Below the pieces are notes generated by a model. That model searched no databases. It was given only the letters and a program-made list of their open reading frames with translations, and was not told the DNA's origin. Shown here in pieces: positions 1-12,092 of a DNA stretch of 64,000 nt. The stretch's first letter is position 1. Each line of letters opens with the position of its first letter. This DNA comes from Mobula hypostoma (Eukaryota), in NCBI RefSeq assembly GCF_963921235.1, contig NC_086108.1, forward strand, positions 97,404,001-97,468,000, given 5' to 3'. The position numbers and the translations under genes were made by a program.

Positions 1-389
1 GGTGTCTTTTAGAAATGCTTTTGTCCAGTGTACAATTTATGTGCAGGCAGTAGCAAAGGTTGAAGATTGAAAAATCAAGGCCGAGTCACATGATGAGGAA
101 TTATTCCAGACAGGCAAAGGTGTTATCAAAGCGAAGGAGATCATCCATCACAAATGCAGTACACCAGCTTAGAGGAGAAAAATGCTCTAACTGTAAGAAG
201 AAAGAGCAGATAGCTTGAGGGGGTAAGGCTAGATCTAGACTGGCAAGCCAAAAACTGTCAGTTGAAAGTGTGAGGGAAATACTAACAAAAGAAAGCCATG
301 GAATTGAGGACTGTGTAAAATTTAAACAGATGAGCATCCTTTAAAGAGAGTTTTGAACTCTGTCTAAATCAATCATTTCGAGAGAATTA

Positions 390-948
390 AAATATCAAGT
401 ATGTAATGCTGAGGCATTCTCAGGCATCAGTCAGACAGCATTCAGACTATTGTGAGCCATTCTGGGCCCTACGCGCTGGCATCAGAAAGTCCAGAGGAGG
501 TAAGCAAAAACAATTCCAAGAATGAAAGGGTTAATCTATGAGTAGCTTTTGATGGCTCTGTGTCTGTACTTGTTGGAGTTTAGAAGAATGAGGGAGAATC
601 TCATTGAAACCTACCGAATAATGAAAGGCCTAGGTAGAGTGGACATGAAGAGAATGTTCCCTTTTGTGGGAAGTCTAGGACTAGAGGACACAGCCACAGA
701 ATACAAAGATGTCCCTTTAGAACAGAGGGAAGGAGGAATTTCATTAACCAGAGTGTGGTGAATCTGTGGAGGTCAAGTCATTGGGTATATTTAAGGTGGA
801 GGTTGATAGGTTCTTGATTAGTAAGGGCGTCAATGGTTACAGGAGAAGGCAGGACAATGGGTTTGAGAGGGAAGATACATCAGCAATGATTGAATGGTTG
901 TGCAAAGGATGGGCCTAATTCTGTTTTATGTCTTATAGTCTTATGGTC
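390..948 (+). mobile_element. CR1 LINE 3' fragment, degenerate
   Basis: ORF 549-761 reads LYLLEFRRMRENLIETYRIMKGLGRVD, matching the C-terminus of the CR1 ORF2 at 45332-46270; CR1-like 3' UTR follows. Confidence 0.85.
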
Positions 949-1202
949 TTATTCAGATTTGGAGGACAGATGTAAGTGTGTACTTGGCCTCACATGACAA
1001 CAGAGCATATACCTGTAGAAATGAGGAGAAAAAGTTGGACAAGCTAGGTGAGATGATGAGGCAGGTGCAACAGCTGAGCGTGAAGGTCTTGGCCAGTGAA
1101 GATTATGACATGATGGCAAATGGAAGAACACTACCTCACAATTCCTCTTTTACACTATTTTTTTTGTACAGTAACTTATAGTAACATCTTGTGTCCTACA
1201 CC

Positions 1203-1538
1203 GTGGTGGTTGTCCATCATGGTCGACAATGACAAGAAACCTGTGTGGGAGAGTTTTTAAAGTGGAAAGGGCATTGCATTGGGGCAGTTCCACTCTGTCA
1301 GCCACAGAAGCCCAGGCCCAGTGGTACGAACAAGTGTCTCATACCGGGGTCTTCCTTGGTTGCAGCAGATGTCCATAACATCTTCCATAGACTGTTGCAG
1401 TACTAGCTTCCTGGCCTTGGGATCTCACAGTAGATCTCCTCTGCCCAGTCCACCAGAGCTGACTTTGCGTGCGAGGACAGGCATGTCCCTGTCTCTCTGG
1501 GGTATGAGGCTGCCAGCTACCCTCACCTGGTTTAGGGA
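1203..1538 (-). mobile_element. Probable RTE-related non-autonomous fragment
   Basis: Minus strand starts CTAAACCAGGTGAGGGTAGCTGGCAGCCTCATACCCC, which resembles RTE 5' regions; recognised by eye only. Confidence 0.35.
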
Positions 1539-2468
1539 ATTGTTAGATTGATCTTACAGTAGGTTAAAAGGTCTGTACTGGGCTGCAGTGTTCTATGTTT
1601 TATGCACCAGTGACATCCAAAGCACCCGATTTGATGAATGAGAAGAGGGCAGTGCACTTGCATTCCTCCTGTGGATAGGGCTCATTTAAATTTTCCAACC
1701 TTTAGCCAGAGGGTGGTGAATCTGTGGAATTCATTGCCACAGGTGGCTGTGAGGCCAAGTCATTGGGTATTTATATTTAAAGCCGAGGTTGACAGGTTCT
1801 TGAATAGTAGGGGCTTCAAAGATCATGGGGAGAAGGCAGAAGAATGGAGTTGAGAGGGATAACAAATCAGCTATGATGTCATGGTGGAGCAGACTTGATG
1901 GGCTGAATGGCCTGACTCTGCCACAGTGTGTTATGGACCTTCACATGAAGCAGGCAGCCACTGCAGCTGGGAATTCTAGCATTACCTCAGCTCCATGCCA
2001 TCCCTTTGGAATTGGCGCTCCAGGGGAGTGTCTCCATGAAAAACAATCAAAACAGCCTCCTTGTACATCTGACCCGCTGATCTCTGCACCCATGACAGTC
2101 CTTTACAATGGCCTTCGTATCACAGTTTAAATAATTATGCAAGGCAGCGATGTGGATGGGTGATGAAGGATATCTGTGGATGTCAGACTGTCCAAGCCAG
2201 TGGGTCCCAGGATTGGATATCTGTACCAGCAGAAGGCACGAGAGCCTGTCAGTTGGGAAGCTCAGTGTTCAAGGCCTGGAGTTTGGTGTGCTGTCATTGG
2301 CCAGACTGGGGATCAATACCAAATATCAAAGCCAAAGCTCAACTGGAAGTTCAGAAATCAAGACCCAGTGGCTGAAGCCTCAATGCTGGATATTGGAGCC
2401 CAGAGGCCCCCGTCCTGGGGTTGGAAGGCCATGTCCGTATGTGGGGGTGGTTGTGAAAGTGGAAAAGG

Positions 2469-3238
2469 GAAGTGCTACACATGCCCTTACACTTCCTCCC
2501 TCACCACAATTCAGGGCCCCAGACAGTCCTTCCAGGTGAGGCGACACTTCACCTGTGAGTCAGCTGGGGTGATGTACTGCATCCGATGCTCCTGATGTGG
2601 CCTTCTACATATTGGCGAGACCCGACGCAGGCTGGGAGACTGTTTCGTTGAACACCTATGCTCTGTCTGCCAGAGAAAGCAGGATCTCCCAGTGGCCACA
2701 GATTTTAATTCCACGTACCATTCCCATTCTGATATGTCTATCCACGGCCTCCTCTACTGTCAAGATGAAGCCACACTCAGGCTGGAGGAACAACACCTTA
2801 TATTCCGTCTGGGTAGCCTCCAACCTAATGGCATGAATATTGACTTCTCTAACTTCCATTAACGCCCCACCTCCCCTTCGTACCCCATCCCTTATTTATT
2901 TATTTAGTATATATTTTTTCCCTCTCTGTCCCTCTCATTATAACGCCTTGCCCATCCTCTGGATCCCCCCGCCTTTCTTTCTCCATAGACCTCCTGTCCC
3001 ATGATCCTCTCCCTTCTCCAGCCTCGTGTCCCTTTGCCAATCAACTTTCCAGCTCTTGGCTCCATCCCTCCCCCTCCTGTCTTCTCCTATCATATGGGAT
3101 CTCCCCCTCCCCCTCCCACTTTCAAATCTCTTACTAGCTCTTCTGTCAGTTAGTCCTGACGAAGGGTCTCGGCTGTACCTCTTCCTATAGATGCTGCCTG
3201 ACCAGCTGCATTCACCAGCATTTTTTGTGCGTGTTGCT
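2469..3238 (+). mobile_element. Penelope-like element 3' part (broken GIY-YIG, pyrimidine-rich UTR, partly deleted hammerhead)
   Basis: VRRHFTCESAGVMYCIRCS* parallels 5311-5637; AGTCCTGACGAAGGGTCTCGG at ~3152 lacks the CCCGAAACGTCGA segment. Confidence 0.9.
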
Positions 3239-3894
3239 TTGCTATTGTTGTTTTATTGCTTGGTGTGCTCTGTTTAGCTGTGTTCTGCTGACCGTTGTGG
3301 GGATGCTACGTAGGTGCCAGAATGCGTGGCGACATCTGTGGGCTGCCCCCAGCACATCTTTCAGTGGGCAGTTTACTAACAGAAACAACACATTTCACTC
3401 TACATTATGTGATGAAGAAACGAATCTGAATAAGAACAGGACCATTTTCCATCGAATAAACTGTCACATGACTGGTAACTTGTTTGAAGGCCAACAGTAG
3501 AAAATGATGCAAGTAACCCTCCAGATGGGAAGAGTGCCAGGCTTTGCTTTTACTATTGGGTGTTTTCTCTGATGAAGTGCTTGAATTTTCTATTTGTATT
3601 GACGATCAAGGTGCTGGAGGAACTCAGTGGGTCAGGCAGCAGCTGGGGAGGGAAGTGGACAGTTTGGGTCGAGGTATTTCAGCTGGACTGTAGTGATGGT
3701 ACCAGAGAACAAGCAAGTGGTAGAAGCAAGGGTGCTTCAAAGACGATTGGTCATAAATCCCTGAACTGAGGGGTTTAGGCCTCACGTGGAGAAGAAGGAA
3801 CAAATGGGTCTGCTTGTACTCTTGTTCTGGAAGTGCTGAAAGACCTGTTCCAATGATCAACTCATGCTCAGTTTTTGTATTTTGTTCAGCAGGA

Positions 3895-4200
3895 GCATAG
3901 TCAATGTGGCGAAGCAGTTGGCACGTTGCTATTACAGCTGCGCTTGTTTTGGCGCTCGGAGTTCAATTGCAGAACCATCTGTAATGAGTTTACATGTTCT
4001 CCCCGTAAACGGATGGGTTTCCTCCCACATTCCAATGGCATGATGGTTAGTAGGTCAATTGGTCATTGTACATTGTCCTGAGATTAGGCTGGGGTTAAAT
4101 AGGTGGGATGCCAGGCAGTGGGGCTTGCTGGGCCAGATGGGCCAACAAGCCACACCACCCAGCAACCCACCTATATCTAAATACCGCATCTCTAAGTAAA
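3895..4200 (+). mobile_element. tRNA-derived V-SINE (HE1-like)
   Basis: B-box-like GGAGTTCAATT, V-domain-like GGGTTTCCTCCCACATTCCAA and a CR1-like tail; similar copies at ~10415-10660, 21388-21600 and 32135-32680. Confidence 0.7.
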
Positions 4201-5310
4201 TAACTACTGTATCTCTATAAATAAAATAAATACTTCTTTTAGAGTATTTCAATAAGGTATTTTGTTGAACAAGTAAGTCATTGTGTCATAGAGTTTTACT
4301 TAATAATAAAGTCATAGAACACTACAGCACAGAAGCAGGACCTTTGGCCCATCTAGTCTGTACTGAAGTATTAAGGAACAGTCACAATGCGCTGGAGGAA
4401 CTCAGCAGGTCAGTCAGCATCAGTTGAAAAGATTAGTCAACATTTCAGGCCGAAACTCTTCGTCAGGACTGAAGGAAGAACTTTGGGGAGGGGTTGAAGA
4501 ATGCTGGTAGTTGAAAAAAACAGTAATTTTAAAGACAAGGGGGTGGGGGAGGGGAAGCAGGGAGGTGATTGGCAGGAGAACAATGCGCAGTAGTAGAAGG
4601 AGGTGGAACTACGAGGGAGGTGATGTGAAATAGGGATAGAGGAAGGGAGGGGGAGGGAATTACCAGAAGTTGGAGAATTCTATGTTCATACCAAGGGGCT
4701 GGAGACTACCTAGATGGTATATGAGGTGTTGCTCCTCCAACCTGAGTTTAGCCTCATCATGGCAGTAGAGGAGGTCATGTATGGACATATCTGAATGAGA
4801 AGGGCCAAAAGGCCTGTTTCTGTGCTGTAGTTTCTATGGTTCTATGGTTCTATGAGTGGGAAGCAGAGTTGAAGTGGGTGGCTACCGGGAGATCCTGTCT
4901 GTTGTGGCGGATGGAGTTTTGCCTTCTACCTTCTACCCTTCTACGGTGATCAATGATGCCCTCGCCTGCATCTCCTCCATCTCCCGTACTTCAGCCCTCA
5001 CCCCATCTTCCCGCCACCACAACAGGGACAGAGTTCCCCTTGTCCTCACCTACCACCCCACCAACCTCCGGATCCAGCACATTATCCTCCGCAACTTCCG
5101 CCACCTTCAACAGGACCCACCACTAAGCACATCTTTCCCTCTCCACCCCTCTCTGCTTTCCGCAGGGATCGATCTGTCTGCAACTCACTTATCCGCACGT
5201 CTATCCCCACGGATCTCCCACCCGTCACTTATCCCTGTAAGCGTAAGTGCTACACCTGTCCCTACATCTCCTCTCTTGCCACCATTCAGGGCCCCAGACA
5301 GTCCTTCCAG

Positions 5311-5637
5311 GTGAGGCAACACTTCACTTGTGAGTCTGTTGGGGTCATCTATTGCATCCGGTGCTCCTGGTGCGGCCTCCTCTACATCGGTGAAACCCGA
5401 CGCAGATTGGGGGACCGCTTCGTTGTGCACCTCCACTCCATCCGCCACAACAGACAGGATCTCCCAGTAGCCATCCACTTCAACTCTGCTTCCCATTCCC
5501 ATTCAGATATGTCCATACATGGCCTCCTCTACTGCCATGATGAGGCTAAACTCAGGTTGGAGGAGCAACACCTCATAAACCGTCTAGGTAGTCTCCAGCC
5601 CCTTAGTATGAACATAGAATTCTCCAACTTCCGGTAA
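5311..5637 (+). pseudogene. GIY-YIG (Uri-type) endonuclease domain of a 5'-truncated Penelope-like ORF
   Basis: VIYCIRCSWCGLLYIGETRRRLGDRF..H...PVAIHFN...RLEEQHLI..LGSLQP.SMN matches the GIY...CxxC...YIG, R, E and N motifs; upstream linker fragments (RDRVPLVLTYHP) are frameshifted. Confidence 0.9.
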
Positions 5638-5825
5638 TTCCCTCCCCTCCCTTCCTCTATCCCTGTTTCACATCACCTCCCTCATAGTTCCGCCTCCTTC
5701 TACTACTTTGCATTGTTCTCCTGCCAATCACCTCCCTGCTTCCCCTCCCCCACCCCTTTGTCTTTAAAATTACTGTTTTTTTCAACTACTAGCATTCTTC
5801 AACCCCTCCCCAAAGTTCTTCCTTC

Positions 5826-5861
5826 AGTCCTGACGAAGGGTTTCGGCCCGAAACGTCGACT
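5826..5861 (+). ncRNA. Minimal type I hammerhead ribozyme motif
   Basis: AGTC-CTGACGA-A-GGG(TTTCGG)CCC-GAAA-CG-TC-GACT: stem I AGTC/GACT, core CUGANGA and GAAA, stem II GGG/CCC, palindromic ACGU stem III, GUC cleavage triplet. Confidence 0.8.
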
Positions 5862-5954
5862 AATCTTTTCAACTGGTGCTGACTGACCTGCTGAATTCCT
5901 CCAGAGCATTGTGATTGTTCCTTTGACAACAGCATCTGCAGATTATTTTGTGTT

Positions 5955-6325
5955 TACTGAAGTATTAATCTACCTGCTCCCATCAACATGCACCCCAGAC
6001 TATAATCATCCATACCCCTCCCATCGAAGTACCTATCCAAATTTCTCTTAAACGTTGAAATCTAACCCACATCCATCACTTCTGTCGGCAGCTCATTCCA
6101 CACTCTCACCACCCCCTCTGAGTGAAGAAGATCCCTATCATGTTCCTCTTAAATATTTCACCTTTCACCCTGAACCCAGACCTCTAGTTGTAGCCCCACC
6201 AAATCTCGGTGGAAAAAGCCTGTTGTTAGATTTACCCTACCTATATCCCTTATAATTTTATTCACCTCGATCAAATCTCCCCTCACTCCCCTGGGCTCCA
6301 GGGAATAATGCCCTAACTATTCAAT
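5955..6325 (-). mobile_element. Old CR1 3' end split by the PLE (other half at ~4310-4374)
   Basis: The joined halves match the uninterrupted CR1 3' copy at ~22370-22790. Confidence 0.75.
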
Positions 6326-6444
6326 GAAGTATTCAAGAGATGCGTTAACTTTTAGTCTCTATTCAGGCAAACTTAATTGAAGTTAGTCACAACTATTAAA
6401 GATTTCAAAATGTGTCTTCTCCATTTCTGTCCAATACATAGTCC

Positions 6445-7955
6445 TGGAGGAACTCAGCAAGTTAGACAATATCTAAGGAGGATATAGGCAGTCGTCATTT
6501 CGAGCTGAGACCAATATGGTCTCCTCTACATCAGTGAAACCTAACATATGTTTAGGGACCGCTTCATTAAACACCTCTGCTCTGTCCACTACAAAAGGAA
6601 GGGTTTCCTCGTGGCCACTCATTTCAATTCAACTTCTCATTCCCACTCCGGCATGTCAATCTATTCCCTCCTCTAATGCCATGACGAGGTCACACTCAGG
6701 ATCGGGGGGTAAAACCTCATATTCCATCTGCACACATTTTAATTCCATGTCCGATTCCCATTCTAATAAGTCTATCCACGGCCTCCTTGACTGTCAAGAT
6801 GAAGCCACACTCAGGTTGGAGGAACAACACCTTATATTCCGTCTGGATAGCCTTCAACCTGATGGCATGAACATTGACTTCTCTAGCTTCCGTTAATGCC
6901 CCACCCTCCCTTTGTACCCCATCCCTTATCTATCTCTCTAGTTATTTATTTATTTATTTATTTATTCATTCATTTATTTATTGATTTATTTATTTATTTC
7001 TCTCTCTCTCACTCTCTCTCTCTCTCTCTTCTCCCTCTGTCCCTCTTACTATAACTCCTTGCCCATCCTCTGGGCTCTTCTCCTCCTTTCTTTCTCCCTT
7101 GGACTCCCGCCCCATGATCCTCTCCCTTCTCCAGCCTCGTATCCCTTTTGCCAATCACCTGTCCAGCTCTTAGCTCCATCCCTCCTCCTCCTGTCTTCTC
7201 CTATCATTTCGGATCTCCCCCTCCCACTTTCAAATTTCTTACTAGCTCTTCTTTCAGTTACCTGACAAAGGGTCTCGGCCCGAAACGTTGACTGTACCTC
7301 TTCCTAGAGATGCCGCCTGGCCTGCTGCGTTCAGCAGCATTTTTGATGCGTGTTGCTTGAATTTCCAGCATCCGCAGATTTCCTTGTGTTTGTGTATTCC
7401 ATCTGGGTTGTCTTCTGATGCCATGAATGTCAATTTCTCCAACTCCTGGTAATTTCTAAACCCTCCCTCCTTCTCTCTTTTCCCATTCCTCATCCAGGCT
7501 CTCCTCTCACACCTGCTCTTCTGTTCACTTGCCTATTGACTCCCTTCGGCGTTCCTCCTCCTTTCCTTTCTTCCATGGTGCACTGTCTTCTCCTATCAGA
7601 TTCCTTCTTCTTCCTTTAGCCTTCTACTTCTTCCACCTATCACCTCCCAGCTTCTTACCTCATCCCACCTTCCTCAACCAGTCACCTTCCCCCTCAACTG
7701 GTTTCACCTGCCTGCTGTACTCCTTCCCACCCCCACCCCCACCCCCATCCCCACTCCCACCCCCACCTCCACCCCCACTTTCTTGATCTGGCTTCTTTCC
7801 CTTTTCTTTCTAGTCCTGTCAGATGAAAGATAGGCCCCGGCTCAAAACTTCAACTGTTTGTTCCTCTCCTGAGATGTTGCCTGACCTACTGAGTTCCTCT
7901 GTCATTTTGTGCATGTTGCTCAAGATTTCCAGCAATACAGAATCTCTTGTGTTTA
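6445..7955 (+). mobile_element. Nested Penelope-like elements (younger copy 6731-7394 inside an older copy)
   Basis: Two overlapping GIY-YIG C-termini; TSD TATTCCATCTG at 6720-6730 and 7395-7405; decayed hammerhead motifs at ~7256-7294 and ~7812. Confidence 0.85.
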
Positions 7956-7959
7956 TGAT

Positions 7960-8125
7960 TTCCTGTCCATTTTTGAGCTGTCAGGTGCCAACTGTCCCAG
8001 GAGTCAGTGAGGACAGTGCACTTCTTCAAGGGAGCTTTGAGCACATCTTTGAATCTTTTTTTTCTGTTTGCCTGGTAAAATTCTTTCAATAAAGTCTTCA
8101 CTGTTTTTACATCATCACATGCAAC
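7960..8125 (-). mobile_element. RTE LINE 3' fragment
   Basis: RKKRFKDVLKAPLKKC...WDSWHLTAQKW resembles the RTE ORF C-terminus. Confidence 0.55.
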
Positions 8126-9419
8126 TTTTTCCGTTTGAGATATTTTCATCAGAGGTTTTAATCTTCCAGCCTCATTCGCTACCCTTGTACCTCCAATGCA
8201 ACTCATCCCACAAGCAAGTAAGTATAGTCAGGAGCCTATATGTGCACTTTGAAAGCCGTGTGCGGTATCATTAAATTGTGAATATTTGTGTTTAAATTGC
8301 ATATGATTTACAATTACGTTTTTATTATGATGCTGCTTGTTTACGCCTGTGATGCTGCTGCAGGTGAGTTTTTCATTGCATCTGTGCACTTGTGTGTAGA
8401 CAATAATATTGACTTTGAAAAGATTGAAAACATGAATTAGTTGATGCTTATTACTGGCAATGGGGTTCAACAGTGACAGAAAGTATTTTCCAGGTAGACC
8501 CTTGGAGATTGAAACAAATATTGCAGATGCTGGAAATGTGAAACAAAAGCAGTAAGTGCTGGAAGTACTCACCAAGTCGGGCAGCGTCTGTGGGAAGAGA
8601 AAAGAAGTCGGTGTTTCAGGTCAAGGACACTTCATCAGCACTGAAAAAGTGAAAGTGTGTTCAGCAGTGCTGAGGGGAGAGAGTGGGAAGAAAAGGGAAT
8701 GTCTGTGATAGGTTGAACTTTTGGGAATTTTAAAGATAGGAGAATAGGGTTGAGAAGGAAAAGAAATCCGCTACAATTGAATAGAGGAGGAAATTCCAGA
8801 GTGCAAAAAAACTTATTCCTGAGGACACTCTGCACGTGACTGCCAGCTTCTTGATGGGCCAAATAGCCTAATTCTGCTCCCATGTCTTATGGCTATTTCA
8901 ATGCAAGCACTTAGCTTTTGCTGAGTAGGTGGTGGAAATGAAGCCATTAGATGTCACGAGTCTTCTGGAAGGAAATAAATTAGAAGATAAAAGTGCCCAT
9001 GCTCCATGATATTGAAGGCTGTTAATGGCCTTTAGTGCAAGGTCTCCATATCATCAACGTGTAAGTTAACCTGGAAACTTTCAGTTTAATATTAATGAGC
9101 TGTGCCATTAACAGCAGATATGTCACCTTCAGCACCATTGGCTTTTCTATCACCCAGACCCAAGTTAAAAACACTCCAGTGATTCCTGTCATCACGTTCC
9201 TTGCATAATGAAAAGGACTACAATCAATTGGAGGCACCAGCTTTTTCATTAATAATTTCCTGCATTCAAGGGTGTTCTGTAGATTGCTGAAGAAGAATTC
9301 TATGTAAAGTTTTCCACAGTCCAGCACACTTATTTAATTGTTGGACTTTGTTAGGGAGGGGATGAAGGATCTATATGGGATTGGTATAGCATTGAAACAT
9401 GATTCAACGGGTTAATAGC

Positions 9420-10095
9420 ATGATTCTTGTCAGTATGGAAGAACAGAGAGATCTTGGGGTTCATGTCCAGAGATCCCTTAAAGTTGCAGTACAATTTGAT
9501 AATATGATTATTAAGGCATATGGTGTGTTGGTCTTTAATAGTCAGGAAATTGAATTCAACAGCTGTAAGGTAATGTTGCAACTCTGTAGAACTGTGCTTA
9601 GACTATTGTCACTTGGAATATTGTGCTCAGTTATTGTCACCTCTTTATAGGAAGGATGTAGAAGCTTCAGGGAGGATGCAGAGATTTACAAGGATGCTGC
9701 CTGGATTAGAGAGCATATTGAAACCTATTGAATGTTGAAAGGCCTTGATAGAGTGGATGTGCAGAGAATGCTTCCTGCGGTCGGGGAATCTGAAGACCAG
9801 AGGACACAACCTCAGACAGAGGGATGTCAATTTAGAACGGAGATAAGGAGAAAGTTCTTTAGCCAGAGAATAGTGAATCTGTGTAATTCTTTGCCACAGG
9901 AGGCTGTGGAGACCAAGTCATTAGGTATATTTAAGACAGAGGTTGACAGATTCTTGACTCATCAGGTATGAAGGGATACGGGGAGGTGGCAGGAGATTGG
10001 GGCTGAGAGGAAAAAGAATCAGCCTTGATGAAATGGCGGAGCAGACTCGATGGGCCAGATGGCCCAATTCTGCTTTTATATTTTTTGCTCTTATG
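9420..10095 (+). mobile_element. CR1 3' fragment, degenerate
   Basis: EEQRDLGVHVQRSLKVA...; MLKGLDRVDV...FFSQRIVNLCNSLPQ. Confidence 0.85.
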
Positions 10096-10876
10096 AGAAT
10101 AGGTTGAGTGTGCTAGGGCATTTCTCTTTGGAGCGAAGGAGGATGAAAGGTGTTTTGACAGAGGTGTCTAAGATGATAGGAGGCATAGATGGAGTAGATA
10201 GCTGGAGACCTTTCCCCAGGGCAGAAATGGCTAATACCACGAGTGGTGGTAGAGGCAAGTGTATTAGGGACATTTTCAATTCAGTCACACTCGAGATGAT
10301 CTGCACTCCTTCACAAGTTTTCCAATCATAGAACGTAGAGCATTACAGCACAGTACAGCCCATTTGGCTCACTATGCTGTGCCAACCTTTTAATCTACTC
10401 TAAACATCTTGATCATAGCGATTAGCGCAATGCTCAAGGCACTGGAGTTTGGAGTTCAATTCTGCCGCTCTCTGCAAGACATTTGAACGGTTGGGTTTCC
10501 TTCGGGTGCTCCGGTATCCAAAAATGTAACAGTTTGTAGGTGAATTAGTCATTGTAAACTGTCCTGTGATTAGGCTAGGGTAAAAATAGGTGGGTTGCTG
10601 AGCAGAGCAATTTGTTGGTTGGAAGAGCCTGTTCCGTGCAGTATTTCTAAATAAACAAAAATAAAATCAGTTTAGCTCTTCCCTCCTCCATAGCTCTCTA
10701 TTTTTTCCACCATCCACATGCCTGTCTTAGAGTTTCTTAAATGTCCCTAATGGATCTGCCTCCTTCACCACCCCTTTCAGGGCATTTCAAGCACCCACCA
10801 CTCTGTGTAAAGCACATCTCTACCGCCACCCCCATACTTTCCTCCAATTACCTTAAAATTATGCCCCCTCATATTA

Positions 10877-11373
10877 AACATAGAAACATAGAAACATAGA
10901 AAATAGGTGCAAGAGTAGGCCATTCGGCCCTTCGAGCCTGCACCGCCATTTATTATGATCATGGCTGATCATCCAACTCAGAACCCCGCCCCAGCCTTCC
11001 CTCCATACCCCCTGACCCCCGTAGCCACAAGGGCCATATCTAGCTCCCTCTTAAATATAGCCAATGAACTGGCCTCAACAGTTTGCTGTGGCAGAGAATT
11101 CCACAGATTCACCACTCTCTGTGTGAAGAAGTTTTTCCTAATCTCGGTCCTAAAAGGCTTCCCCTCTATCCTCAAACTGTGACCCCTCGTTCTGGACTTC
11201 GCCAACATCGGGAACAATCTTCCTGCATCTAGCCTGTCCAATCCCTTTAGGATCTTATACGTTTCAATCAGATCCCCCCTCAATCTTCTAAATTCCAACG
11301 AGTACAAGCCCAGTTCATCCAGTCTTTCTTCATATGAAAGTCCTGCCTCCCAGGAATCAATCTGGTGAACCTT
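10877..11373 (-). mobile_element. Young CR1 3' end with (TTTCTATG)n tail
   Basis: ORF 10978-11307 is nearly identical to the C-terminus of 45332-46270; (CATAGAAA)n on the + strand. Confidence 0.95.
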
Positions 11374-11653
11374 CCTTGATTATTAGATTATGAAGACACG
11401 CAGTCCTCTTTTATTGTCATTTAGTAATGCATGCATTAAGAAATGATACAATATTTCCACCATATTAGTCATTTCCACCCTGAGAAAGGTCCTTGGCTTT
11501 TCGGTGAGAGCATTGCAACGGCAGAAGAGCATTACAAAGGTGCAGACGGGAACAACGGGTTAGGACGTGGGGACGCTAGAAGGAAGTACAGGTGTCTGGC
11601 TGGTTCTGGGTTTACCTTGCGGGTAGTGAGCAAGATTGTGAATTTCGGTATAG

Positions 11654-11734
11654 CTGGGGTTCCCAACCTTTTTTTATGCCGTAGACCAATTCCATTTAGC
11701 AAGGGGTCTGGAGACCCTGAGTTGGGAACCCCTG
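11654..11734. mobile_element. Short hAT-like MITE (81 bp)
   Basis: Terminal inverted repeats C(T)GGGGTTCCCAAC ... GTTGGGAACCCCTG, typical of hAT/Charlie MITEs; no clear 8-bp TSD. Confidence 0.65.
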
Positions 11735-12092
11735 CAAGTGTACAGCTTGCTGCTGGTAAAGAATTAGATGGGCTTGTGATACTGAGTTTGCATATTCTCC
11801 CCATGGCCATGTGGAGACCCTCCTGGTGCTCTGGTTACCAGCCTATCCCAAAACATGTTGGTTGGTAAGTTATTTAGCCATCGTAAATTGCCCTCTAATT
11901 TGTATGTGAGTTGTATGACCTAGGGGAGAGTTAACGTGAATAAAGTGGATTAGGGTAGGATTAGAATTGGAATTGGCTTATTATTGTCACATGTACAAAG
12001 GTACAGTGAAAAGCTTGTCTTGCATTTCTCTTCATACGGGTGAAATCATTACACAGTGCGTTGGGCTAGAACAACAGTTCAATGCACTGACA

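Larger units (their letters stand above)
4375..5954 (+). mobile_element. Penelope-like element insertion with inverted pseudo-LTR arms and 14-bp TSD
   Basis: ~4373-4917 is the reverse complement of ~5435-5922; TACTGAAGTATTAA flanks it at 4361-4374 and 5955-5968; GIY-YIG ORF lies inside. Confidence 0.93.

Noticed and set aside
958..1047. Plus-strand exon candidate (IWRTDVSVYLASHDNRAY...) with GTGAGA donor
   Set aside because: The acceptor is supplied by a CR1 tail, and there is no homology or linked exon.
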